From assembly GCA_017550145.1 (NCBI GenBank), contig JAFZQG010000015.1, positions 73,934-137,933 on the forward strand: a DNA stretch of 64,000 nucleotides. Reading direction: 5' to 3'. This stretch comes from Erysipelotrichaceae bacterium (GTDB lineage: Bacteria; Bacillota_I; Bacilli_A; Erysipelotrichales; Erysipelotrichaceae). The notes below the pieces were generated by a model. That model did not search any database. It saw nothing but the letters and a program-made list of their open reading frames with translations, and was not told the origin of the DNA. A program made the translations under genes and the position numbers. Shown in pieces: positions 35,131 through 43,278 of this stretch (its first letter is position 1; every line of letters begins with the position of its first letter).

Positions 35131-36331
35131 GATAGAACTGCTGGCTCCTGCAAAAGATCTGCAGAAGGCCAAGATCGCGATTATGTACGGAGCAGACGCC
35201 GTTTATGTGGGCGGAAAGTTTTATTCATTGCGTTCACGTGCTTCAAACTTCGGTTTAGAAGAACTGAAGGAACTCGCGGATTTTGCGAAGCAGTATAAAG
35301 CCAAGGTTTACGTAACGGTCAATATCGTTTTCCATGATGCTGATTATTACGGCATCAAGGAATATCTTAAATATCTGGACAAGATCGGTATCAATGCGGT
35401 CATCATTTCTTCACTGGCCCTGATCCCGTTAGTCAGAAAGAATGCACCGGATCTAGAATGCCATATTTCCACGCAGCTTTCGGCTTTGAACTCAGCAGCT
35501 GTTAAAACTCTTAAAGAATTTGGAGCCGACAGAGTTGTTTTAGCTAGAGAAGCCAGTATGAATCAGATTGAACAGATCACTCATAAAGTCGATCTGCCGG
35601 TGGAAGTCTTTATTCATGGCGGCATGTGCTCCAACTATTCCGGACGCTGTGTCTTATCTAACCGCATGACTTTAAGAGATGCCAACAGAGGCGGATGTGC
35701 TCATTCCTGCCGTTGGAAATACAGATTATATGACGGCAGAGATATAATCTCTGATCCATATACGCTCTTATCAATGTCTTCCAAGGACTTAAGAGCTTCG
35801 GCTTATATCGAAAGAATGATCGAATGCGGTGTCGCTTCCCTTAAGATCGAAGGCAGAATGAAATCCGAATACTATATCGGACAGGTCGTTAAGACCTACC
35901 GCAGAATGATCGATGATTATTATGCGAATGGTCCTTTAACAAAAGAAAAACTTGCCTACTACGACAATGAACTGACTAAGGCGGAAAACCGTCCGAGTGA
36001 TGACGGCTTCCTTTCCGGTGACTGCGACAACTCCAAGCACCTCTACGGTGTAAACGGCGCCGGTGTAACCCATGACTATGTTGCTTATGTCCGCGATTAT
36101 GACGAGATCAGAAAACTTGCCATTGTGGAAGTAAAGAATGTCTTCCAGAGTGGCGATGTGATCGAGGTCTTTGGCCCGCACATCAATAATAAACGTTTCA
36201 GAGTCGAATATATGTTTGACACCAACTGGGAAAATGTTGATCTGGCCAATAAGCCGACTCAGATCCTCAATATCAGGATCCCGTTCAAAGTCGAACCATG
36301 TGATATGTTCAGAAGGGTGGCACAGGAATGA
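35123..36331 (+). CDS. peptidase U32-family protein, large paralogue (YrrO/TrhP-like, tRNA ho5U34 synthesis family)
   Basis: Start at the ATG at 35123 (MDKIELLAPAKDL, ATGGATAA overlap). Canonical U32 signature EVFIHGGMCSNYSGRCVLS. Confidence 0.85.
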   Translation: MDKIELLAPAKDLQKAKIAIMYGADAVYVGGKFYSLRSRASNFGLEELKELADFAKQYKAKVYVTVNIVFHDADYYGIKEYLKYLDKIGINAVIISSLALIPLVRKNAPDLECHISTQLSALNSAAVKTLKEFGADRVVLAREASMNQIEQITHKVDLPVEVFIHGGMCSNYSGRCVLSNRMTLRDANRGGCAHSCRWKYRLYDGRDIISDPYTLLSMSSKDLRASAYIERMIECGVASLKIEGRMKSEYYIGQVVKTYRRMIDDYYANGPLTKEKLAYYDNELTKAENRPSDDGFLSGDCDNSKHLYGVNGAGVTHDYVAYVRDYDEIRKLAIVEVKNVFQSGDVIEVFGPHINNKRFRVEYMFDTNWENVDLANKPTQILNIRIPFKVEPCDMFRRVAQE

Positions 36332-37035
36332 TTATCGAAGGTGCGATCGCCGTAAAAGCCGCAATAAACAATCATAAAAGAATCGTTAATAAGGTATATA
36401 TAAATAAAGAAAAGAAAACCAAGGATTTCAATTATATCCGCAAGATCGTCAAAGCCAATAGTATCGAACTTCTGGAATTAGAGAGTGAAGAACTTTCTAA
36501 AGTCCTTCAGGGCAAGAGTCATGGCGGTGTCGGAGCGGATGTTTCTTTACGTCAAAATGATGAATTTATCGAAGATGATATCTTCTATCTGGATGGGATT
36601 GAAGATCCTTTTAATCTGGGCTATGCGATGCGTACGCTCTATGCTTTCGGTTTAAAGAATGTCTTATTAAGCAAAAGAGATTATGCAAATATGGAAGCCC
36701 AGCTTCTTAAATCTTCAGCCGGAGCCTATGACATGCTGAATGTGAAAGTATGCGAAGATCCGTTAAAGGAAATAAAAGGGTATAGGAATAACGGTTATAC
36801 TCTATATGGTCTATACAGAGGCGAGAACTCCAGAGATATCTTTGATGTGGAATTTAAAGAAAAGGCACTGTTCATGTTGGGAGGAGAAAAAAGAGGGATC
36901 TCTTCCGAACTGCTGGAACTGTGTCATGAATATCTCTATATATCTTATGGTTCGGATTTCCGTAATGCCTTAAATGCCTGCGGAGCACTGGACGTTGTCG
37001 CAACTTTACTGTATGTGCAAAGAAGAAAAAGATGA
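36328..37035 (+). CDS. SPOUT (TrmH/SpoU family) RNA 2-prime-O-methyltransferase
   Basis: 235 aa. LDGIEDPFNLGYAMRT and MLGGEKRGIS motifs. ATGA overlaps on both sides. Confidence 0.8.
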   Translation: MIIEGAIAVKAAINNHKRIVNKVYINKEKKTKDFNYIRKIVKANSIELLELESEELSKVLQGKSHGGVGADVSLRQNDEFIEDDIFYLDGIEDPFNLGYAMRTLYAFGLKNVLLSKRDYANMEAQLLKSSAGAYDMLNVKVCEDPLKEIKGYRNNGYTLYGLYRGENSRDIFDVEFKEKALFMLGGEKRGISSELLELCHEYLYISYGSDFRNALNACGALDVVATLLYVQRRKR

Positions 37036-37745
37036 TCAGTTCATTAGAAAATAAGACAGTCAAGGAACTGACCAGACTTCATCAGAAGAAATATCGTACT
37101 GACAGCTTTCTGATCTTTGATGAGGAACTGATCAGATCCGCTAAAGATAACGGTTATCTTAAACAGCTCGTTTATACGGGTGAGCTGCCTTTTGAATTTG
37201 ACAATGTTCTGGAAGTATCTCAGGATGTTTTAAACAAGATTTCCAAAAAAGGAGGATTAAAATATCTGGGTGTTTCTTCATTAATAAAAGAAAATGATGA
37301 TTACGGAAATAGAGTGATTATCTTAGATCACCTACAGGATCCTTTGAATATCGGAAGGATCATGGAAGCAGCTCAGCTGTTCGGCTTTGATTCACTGATC
37401 TTGTCCGAACATTCCGCTGATATCTATAACGAAAAATGTCTGGCCAACTGCAAGGGCGGAATCTATAAACTGAATATCGTTCATAGAGATCTGATTAACG
37501 AAATTGAAGTATTGAAGAATAAAGGTTACAGAGTCTACGCAACCGGACTGCGAAATAACACCAGAGAACTTCATGAAGTTGAAGCCGAAGAAAAGATGGC
37601 CATTATCTTAGGTAATGAAGGAAGCGGCGTCAGTAAGGAAATCATGGATGCCGCCGATGAGATAATGAAAATTGATATGTGTAATATCGATTCTCTGAAT
37701 GTCGGTATGGCTGCCGCAATTATAATGTATCGTTTCAGAATCTGA
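37032..37745 (+). CDS. SPOUT (TrmH/SpoU family) RNA methyltransferase, RlmB/YsgA-like
   Basis: 237 aa. LDHLQDPLNIGRIMEAA, ILGNEGSGVS and SLNVGMAAAIIMY motifs. Confidence 0.8.
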   Translation: MISSLENKTVKELTRLHQKKYRTDSFLIFDEELIRSAKDNGYLKQLVYTGELPFEFDNVLEVSQDVLNKISKKGGLKYLGVSSLIKENDDYGNRVIILDHLQDPLNIGRIMEAAQLFGFDSLILSEHSADIYNEKCLANCKGGIYKLNIVHRDLINEIEVLKNKGYRVYATGLRNNTRELHEVEAEEKMAIILGNEGSGVSKEIMDAADEIMKIDMCNIDSLNVGMAAAIIMYRFRI

Positions 37746-38001
37746 CGGTGAATTCACTGTTATTTTCTTTTAAGGGGATTTCTTTAACTGAATAATCATT
37801 TATCTTAATGAAGTAGTCTTTCTCGAGAGATTCTTTTAAGAAGGCATCGATATCTTCACCCTGGACTTCACAATCCACATCACCGTTTAGGCGGTTACGG
37901 ACATAACCGGTCAGATGATATTTATCGGCCAGGCACATCAGACGGTATCTGAAACCGACGCCCTGTACTCTTCCTTTATATATGATGTAGTATCTCTTCA
38001 T
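37735..38001 (-). CDS. acyP: acylphosphatase
   Basis: 88 aa with a GRVQGVGFRY signature. Its 3-prime end overlaps the convergent methyltransferase gene by 11 nt. Confidence 0.85.
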   Translation of the reverse strand: MKRYYIIYKGRVQGVGFRYRLMCLADKYHLTGYVRNRLNGDVDCEVQGEDIDAFLKESLEKDYFIKINDYSVKEIPLKENNSEFTVRF

Positions 38002-38007
38002 GGTTTT

Positions 38008-38013
38008 ATTCTA
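38008..38013 (-). promoter_or_regulatory. TAGAAT box 6 nt upstream of the acyP ATG (possible leaderless start)
   Basis: The reverse complement of 38008-38013 is TAGAAT. ATG at 38001, no SD. Confidence 0.3.
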
Positions 38014-38030
38014 ATATGTTTCTTTGTTAT

Positions 38031-38057
38031 TAAAAAGAGCTCCCATTGGGAGCTCGG
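38031..38057 (-). terminator. intrinsic terminator after the flavodiiron gene
   Basis: GAGCTCCC-att-GGGAGCTC hairpin (38037-38055), followed on the minus strand by TTTTTAATAA. Confidence 0.8.
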
Positions 38058-38059
38058 TT

Positions 38060-39850
38060 CTATTGAATAGGTTCGAAATCGGCTGCGCCGTGTTTACATA
38101 ACGGACAGATGAAGTCATCAGGCAGGACATCACCTTCATAGATGTAGCCACAGACCTTGCAGACAAAGCCCTTACGTCCCTGAGTCTCAGGTTTAGGTTT
38201 AACATTCTTCTGATAGTAGGTGTAGGTCATCGTTTCAACATTGTTGATGACGCGGGCTTCAGTTACCGAACAGATAAACATGCCATGGGTGCCCATATCC
38301 TTGTAGTCTTCGACTTTCAATGAGAAGAAGGCATTGATGTAACGCGACAGGAAGACAAGCCCGTTATCGGATCTTAATACTTCTTCACCTTTGAACTTGT
38401 CGACATTTCTGCCGGACTGGAAACCGAACTGCTGGAAGACTTTGAACGGTGCCTCCGTATTCAGACAGTTGACATTCATGATACCGGTCTGTTTGATGAC
38501 ATGGTGCGAATAGTTGTCCTTGTTGATCGATACCATTACTCTGAATGGATTATCGGTCAGCTGTACGACGGTATTGACGATCAGACCGTTGTCTTTCTTG
38601 CCATCGTTTGAAGTTACGACATACAAGCCATATCCGATAGAGAACAGGGCTTTCATATCGTTTTTGTTAGCCTGTTTTTCATCACGTGCGACATAGTCGA
38701 TGCACATAGCTTTAGCTAAAGAGGCGATCTCTTCCTTGTTGGTATCGTTCATCGCTGACTTGATATGGACGATAGGATCAACGAAGGTCAGGTTAGGCGA
38801 CTTGCTTAACATATCCTTCATTGTCTTGGCAGCCAGAGGCGCCCAGGAACCGTTCTCGATGAAACCGATCTTACGGTTCTGGAAGTTTCTCTCAGTCAGA
38901 TGGTTGATGAATTCTTTCATGAACGGATAGATATCCGCATTGTAGGTAGTAGTAGCTAAAATGAGTTTATTGTAGGCAAACGCATCGGCAACGGCAGCTG
39001 ACATATCGCTTCTGGCCAGATCGTAGACTTTGACTTCCGGAGCGTTGCAGGCCTTTAATTCTTCAACGAGTTTTTCAACCGCAGCCTTGGTATGTCCGTA
39101 AACCGAAGTGTAGCAGACAACGACGCCGTCCTTTTCGACATCGTAGCTGGACCAGGTATTATACAGATTCAGATAGTATGGCAGATTCTTGTAGAGGAAT
39201 GGTCCGTGTAGCGGCAGGATCATGGAGATATCCAATCCCGAAGCTTTCTTTAAGACGGCCTGAACCTGCTTGCCATACTTGCCAACGATACCGATATAGT
39301 AACGTCTGGCTTCATCGACCCAGTCTTCCTCAACATCCAGTGCACCGAACTTGCCGAAACCATCGGCTGAGAACAGGGCTCTTTCATAAGTATCGTAAGT
39401 CATCATGACTTCCGGCCAGTGAACCATCGGTGCGGCAACGAAACTTAAGGTATGTTTACCCAGTTCGAGTGTATCGCCTTCCTTGATGATGATATGTCTG
39501 TCTTCATATTGCGTTCCGAAGTAGTTTTCCATCATCGCAAAAGCCTTATCGGAAGATACGATGACAGCCTTGTCATAGATCTTCATGAAGTTGGCGATGT
39601 TGGCGGAATGGTCAGGTTCCATGTGCTGTATCACAAGATAGTCAGGCTGTCTGCCGTTTAAGACATTCTGGATATTATCGAGCCACTCATGAGTAAAATG
39701 CTGGTCAACGGTATCCATGATGGCGATCTTGCTGTCCATGATCACATAGGAGTTGTAGGACATGCCGTTAGGAACTTTGTACTGTCCCTCAAAAAGGTCA
39801 ACCTGATGATCGTTGACACCTACATACTTGATATCATTGGTGATTTCCAT
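38060..39850 (-). CDS. multidomain flavodiiron protein: metallo-beta-lactamase-like diiron + flavodoxin-like + flavin-reductase-like + rubredoxin
   Basis: 596 aa. Diiron motif QHMEPDHS, flavodoxin-like middle region, flavin-reductase-like GLYVVTSNDGKKDNGLIVNTV, C-terminal rubredoxin CKVCG...CPLCK. Confidence 0.88.
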   Translation of the reverse strand: MEITNDIKYVGVNDHQVDLFEGQYKVPNGMSYNSYVIMDSKIAIMDTVDQHFTHEWLDNIQNVLNGRQPDYLVIQHMEPDHSANIANFMKIYDKAVIVSSDKAFAMMENYFGTQYEDRHIIIKEGDTLELGKHTLSFVAAPMVHWPEVMMTYDTYERALFSADGFGKFGALDVEEDWVDEARRYYIGIVGKYGKQVQAVLKKASGLDISMILPLHGPFLYKNLPYYLNLYNTWSSYDVEKDGVVVCYTSVYGHTKAAVEKLVEELKACNAPEVKVYDLARSDMSAAVADAFAYNKLILATTTYNADIYPFMKEFINHLTERNFQNRKIGFIENGSWAPLAAKTMKDMLSKSPNLTFVDPIVHIKSAMNDTNKEEIASLAKAMCIDYVARDEKQANKNDMKALFSIGYGLYVVTSNDGKKDNGLIVNTVVQLTDNPFRVMVSINKDNYSHHVIKQTGIMNVNCLNTEAPFKVFQQFGFQSGRNVDKFKGEEVLRSDNGLVFLSRYINAFFSLKVEDYKDMGTHGMFICSVTEARVINNVETMTYTYYQKNVKPKPETQGRKGFVCKVCGYIYEGDVLPDDFICPLCKHGAADFEPIQ

Positions 39851-39911
39851 ATTAGAATATTTCTCCTTGACTTCATTATATATAAAGAAAGAGAAATTTA
39901 GGTGAAAATGC

Positions 39912-40217
39912 TTAGAAGATGAATTCGAGGATTAAAACGGTGACGCAGCAAATAACTGTAACTTTGAATAAGCCCATTTCCTTATATGCTGCATAACTTC
40001 CGAGAAGTAAAGCAGCTAATCCGGCTAAAGGATTGTTTGTCGAATCGATGATAGCCGGGAAGGTCATGACCGAAAGGGTAACGTAAGGAACGTAATAAAG
40101 GAAGTCCCTGATGAAAGGATTGCGGATCGGTTTTCTGATGATCGTTAATGGCAGTACTCTGATCAGATAGACAGTTACAGCCATGACCGCTATATAAATA
40201 TAGATATTATTCTTCAT
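39912..40217 (-). CDS. azlD: branched-chain amino acid transport protein AzlD
   Basis: 101 aa, 3-4 TM helices. ATGA-type overlap with azlC. Confidence 0.8.
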   Translation of the reverse strand: MKNNIYIYIAVMAVTVYLIRVLPLTIIRKPIRNPFIRDFLYYVPYVTLSVMTFPAIIDSTNNPLAGLAALLLGSYAAYKEMGLFKVTVICCVTVLILEFIF

Positions 40218-40900
40218 GATTTCCTTTCAGTAGGGAACAGTATTGCGCCAAGTGATGAAACGACGATCGTTAAGATGATCGTGATGACACTTACGGAAAG
40301 TCCCGAGAATCTGGTTAAGACATAACTCGAGATAAAACTGATGATGATCAGGATGGTGATCGGTCTTGATTTCTTGGCAGCTGGTATGATGATCGCCAGA
40401 AACATGCCGAATAACGCAACCGATAAGGCAGAGACGATCCTTTCCGGAAGGATATTGCCCATGATGATACCCAAGGCTGTACCTATTGCCCAGCAAGGCG
40501 AGGCAAAGCTGATGGCACCATAGGAATAGAAGGGATCACAATACGGATCCTGAGAGATAGCTAACGCAAAGAACTCATCGGTCAGGAAATATCCTAAAAT
40601 CAGTCTGTGAATAAGTTTTGATTCGGGATTGATCTTCTGTGACAGCGCAAAAGACATTAAGACATATCTGATATTAGAGACAACTGTAATCAGTGCCATT
40701 TCCAGATACGGTACGCTTTCCCTGATCGCAATAAAGGCGGCATTTTCTCCGGCTGAGGCATTCATGACCGCCGAAGTAAGAAAGCCCTGGAAAGGAGTCA
40801 GTCCGGCATTGGCTGCCACAATACCCAACGAAAAGGCTACCGCAAAGTAGCCGAATCCGATTGGCAATCCGTCTTTTAATCCTTTCCTGTATGAGTTCAT
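40214..40900 (-). CDS. azlC: branched-chain amino acid transport protein AzlC
   Basis: 228 aa, polytopic. N-terminal GLKDGLPIGFGYFAVAFSLG is typical of AzlC. Confidence 0.85.
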   Translation of the reverse strand: MNSYRKGLKDGLPIGFGYFAVAFSLGIVAANAGLTPFQGFLTSAVMNASAGENAAFIAIRESVPYLEMALITVVSNIRYVLMSFALSQKINPESKLIHRLILGYFLTDEFFALAISQDPYCDPFYSYGAISFASPCWAIGTALGIIMGNILPERIVSALSVALFGMFLAIIIPAAKKSRPITILIIISFISSYVLTRFSGLSVSVITIILTIVVSSLGAILFPTERKS

Positions 40901-40904
40901 AATT

Positions 40905-40932
40905 TTAAAAAAGAACTAGATGGCTAGTTCTT
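40905..40932 (-). terminator. 9-bp hairpin overlapping the darA stop codon, followed by U4; possible attenuator before azlC
   Basis: AAGAACTAG-atgg-CTAGTTCTT at 40911-40932. Only 10 nt (UUUUAAAAUU) separate the hairpin from the azlC AUG, with no SD. Confidence 0.5.
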
Positions 40933-41254
40933 AGAGTTTACGGAAATCTTCGACATTCATCACAAAGATCGTTGCCCCGCCGACTTCGACTTCGATCGGA
41001 TAAGAGACGAGCGAAGACATGTCAGTAGACATTGTCGTTGGAACGGCCTCTTTTCTCCGCTGCGATTCGTTGCCGATTATTTCGATAGCTTTTTCTACTT
41101 CCTTGTCTTCACAGCCGATCAGTAAAGTCGTGTTGCCTGAAGAAAGGAAACCACCGGTTGTGGCTAAGCGGGTAACGTGATAAGACGCTTTGTTTAAAGC
41201 AGAGATACATGCCTTTGTATCATCGGTTGAGATAATAGCCATTATCAGTTTCAT
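40931..41254 (-). CDS. darA: PII-like cyclic-di-AMP receptor DarA/PstA (YaaQ family)
   Basis: 107 aa. MKLIMAIISTDD...VTRLATTGGFLSSGNTTLLIG matches the DUF970/PstA pattern. SD AGGAGG. Confidence 0.85.
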   Translation of the reverse strand: MKLIMAIISTDDTKACISALNKASYHVTRLATTGGFLSSGNTTLLIGCEDKEVEKAIEIIGNESQRRKEAVPTTMSTDMSSLVSYPIEVEVGGATIFVMNVEDFRKL

Positions 41255-41345
41255 GTCTCTACCTCCTATTAAAATCTATTCTATCATTAATTGGCGAAAA
41301 TGGTGTAAACAGAATGTCTGCGGTTTGTGGGGCTCTTATAAATAG

Positions 41346-41354
41346 TGTTATAAT
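41346..41354 (+). promoter_or_regulatory. extended -10 box TGtTATAAT positioned for a leaderless ftsE transcript
   Basis: TATAAT at 41349-41354 and ATG at 41363. The 8-nt gap has no SD. Confidence 0.45.
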
Positions 41355-41362
41355 TGCATAGT

Positions 41363-42379
41363 ATGATAGAGTTCAAAAATGTTTCAAAAAAATATAAAAA
41401 CGGCACTCATGCCCTGGAAAACGTCTCTTTAAAGGTTGAAGACGGCGAGTTCGTTTATATCATGGGACCGACCGGTTCGGGCAAGTCAACACTGATCAAA
41501 CTGCTCGACGGTGAAGAAGTTCCGACCGGGGGCAGTGTCATCGTCAATAATGTCAATGTCGGCCGTTTGAGAAAGTCCAAAGTCTATCTCTACCGCCGTA
41601 AGATCGGCGTGGTCTTTCAGGATTACCGCTTGCTTCCGGAAAAGACGGTTTTTGAAAACGTCGCCTATGCACTGGAAGTGCTGGATATGCCTAACGACAA
41701 GATCAAGAAGAGAGTCAGAGATGTCCTTAAACTGGTCGATCTGGCTGATAAATCCAACGCCAAACCGCGTGAGCTTTCCGGTGGTCAGCAGCAGCGTGTG
41801 GCTATTGCCAGAGCCATCGCCAAGCGTCCGGCTATCCTGATCGCCGATGAGCCGACCGGCAACCTCGACCCGTCCATGACGGATGAAATGATCAAACTGC
41901 TGGAAAAGATAAATATCGAAGAAAAGACCACTTTACTGGTCGTTACCCATAATGACGTAATGGTTGAATACCATCCAAAGCGTACCATCAGGATCGAATC
42001 TGGTCATATCGTGACCGATGAGCGCGGATTCAAGTCATTCTATGAGATGCGTAACGAAAAGAAAGAAGAAGTAAAGGAAGAAATAAAAGAAGAAGTTAAG
42101 GCAGAGCCTAAAGAAGAAGCTAAACCTGAAGAAGTTAAAACCGAAGAGGTTAAAGCAGAGGAAACCGTTAAACCGGTAGAAAAGGAACCTCTGATCTATA
42201 CCGAACCGATCCTGGACGATACTTCAACGATCCAGATCAAACTTCCTTCATATATGAACACCGCACCTGTTTTTGAGGAAAAGATCCCGACAGAAAGCGA
42301 AGCTCAGGATATGGCGATCGATGAGATTACCCAGCAGCTCGATGCGATAAAGGAACTGCGTGAAGGAGACCGCGAATGA
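41363..42379 (+). CDS. ftsE: cell-division ABC ATPase FtsE with a ~110-aa K/E-rich C-terminal extension
   Basis: Start taken at the ATG at 41363 (MIEFKNVSKKY). GPTGSGKST, LSGGQQQRVAIARA and ILIADEPTGNLD motifs. ATGA overlap with ftsX. Confidence 0.9.
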   Translation: MIEFKNVSKKYKNGTHALENVSLKVEDGEFVYIMGPTGSGKSTLIKLLDGEEVPTGGSVIVNNVNVGRLRKSKVYLYRRKIGVVFQDYRLLPEKTVFENVAYALEVLDMPNDKIKKRVRDVLKLVDLADKSNAKPRELSGGQQQRVAIARAIAKRPAILIADEPTGNLDPSMTDEMIKLLEKINIEEKTTLLVVTHNDVMVEYHPKRTIRIESGHIVTDERGFKSFYEMRNEKKEEVKEEIKEEVKAEPKEEAKPEEVKTEEVKAEETVKPVEKEPLIYTEPILDDTSTIQIKLPSYMNTAPVFEEKIPTESEAQDMAIDEITQQLDAIKELREGDRE

Positions 42380-43278
42380 AATACATCCGTCGTTTTTTCA
42401 GGCACATCAGAGAAGGCTTCGTCGGAGTAAAGAGACACTTCGGTATGGCTTTTTCGGCTGCTTCAGCTGTTACGATCACCTTACTGCTGGTAGGTGTTTT
42501 CGGAGTCTTTGCGATCAATATGGCTTTCCTGACTCAGGAGATCGAACAGTCGATTTCACTGGTTGCGTTAATTGATTACGATGTGGAAGATATGGGCCGT
42601 ATCACAGCCATGAAGACCCAGATCGAAAAACTTGAAGAAGTCGATCATGTCATATACAGAACCAAAGACGAAGAATTCGATTTCTATAATCAGGAATATC
42701 CGGAGATGGTCGAATTCTCCGAACTCTACAGAGAAAACAATCCGTTCCATGATGCATTCATGATCTATGTGATCGATGGAACCAATATGGAAACAGTCAA
42801 AAATAAAGTCGCTTCGATGAGCGGCATTTCTTCCGTTCAGGATGGCGGTTCCAATACCTATACTTTGATCAATATCTTACATACCACGAGAAATGCCGGA
42901 GGTATTCTTATCCTGGCATTGGTCGGATTAGCTATCTATCTGATCTACAATACGATCAAGATCACGATCGCTACCCGTAAGGATGAGATCTGGATCATGC
43001 GTAATGTCGGAGCCAAGAACAGCTATATCAGAGCACCGTTCCTGGTAGAAGGAATCATTATCGGAATCTTCGGTTCAATCTTGCCGATAGGTCTGATCAT
43101 TTATGCCTACTATGAACTGTTTGAAATGACCGGTGGTGTTTTAGGTGGTGTCATTACCTTAGTTCCGATCATGCCGTTTATTGTATACATCGGTGCCGCT
43201 TTACTGGTCATCGGCATTTTTGTCGGTTTCATGGGTTCCTATATTTCGGTATGTAAGTACCTGAGGCTGACCCGTTAA
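42376..43278 (+). CDS. ftsX: cell-division permease-like protein FtsX
   Basis: 300 aa. TM1, ~100-aa extracellular domain, three C-terminal TM helices. Position after ftsE. Confidence 0.88.
   Translation: MKYIRRFFRHIREGFVGVKRHFGMAFSAASAVTITLLLVGVFGVFAINMAFLTQEIEQSISLVALIDYDVEDMGRITAMKTQIEKLEEVDHVIYRTKDEEFDFYNQEYPEMVEFSELYRENNPFHDAFMIYVIDGTNMETVKNKVASMSGISSVQDGGSNTYTLINILHTTRNAGGILILALVGLAIYLIYNTIKITIATRKDEIWIMRNVGAKNSYIRAPFLVEGIIIGIFGSILPIGLIIYAYYELFEMTGGVLGGVITLVPIMPFIVYIGAALLVIGIFVGFMGSYISVCKYLRLTR

Noticed and set aside
38011-38205. A 64-aa minus-strand ORF overlapping the flavodiiron gene 3-prime end and its terminator.
   Set aside because: It is in a different frame from a well-supported rubredoxin-coding region, it spans the terminator hairpin, and it has no SD.
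42050-42190. The K/E-rich part of the ftsE tail, considered as a DNA-level tandem repeat.
   Set aside because: GAAGAAGT-type words recur, but the copies are imperfect and of irregular length. This is compositional bias in a low-complexity coding region rather than a defined repeat array.
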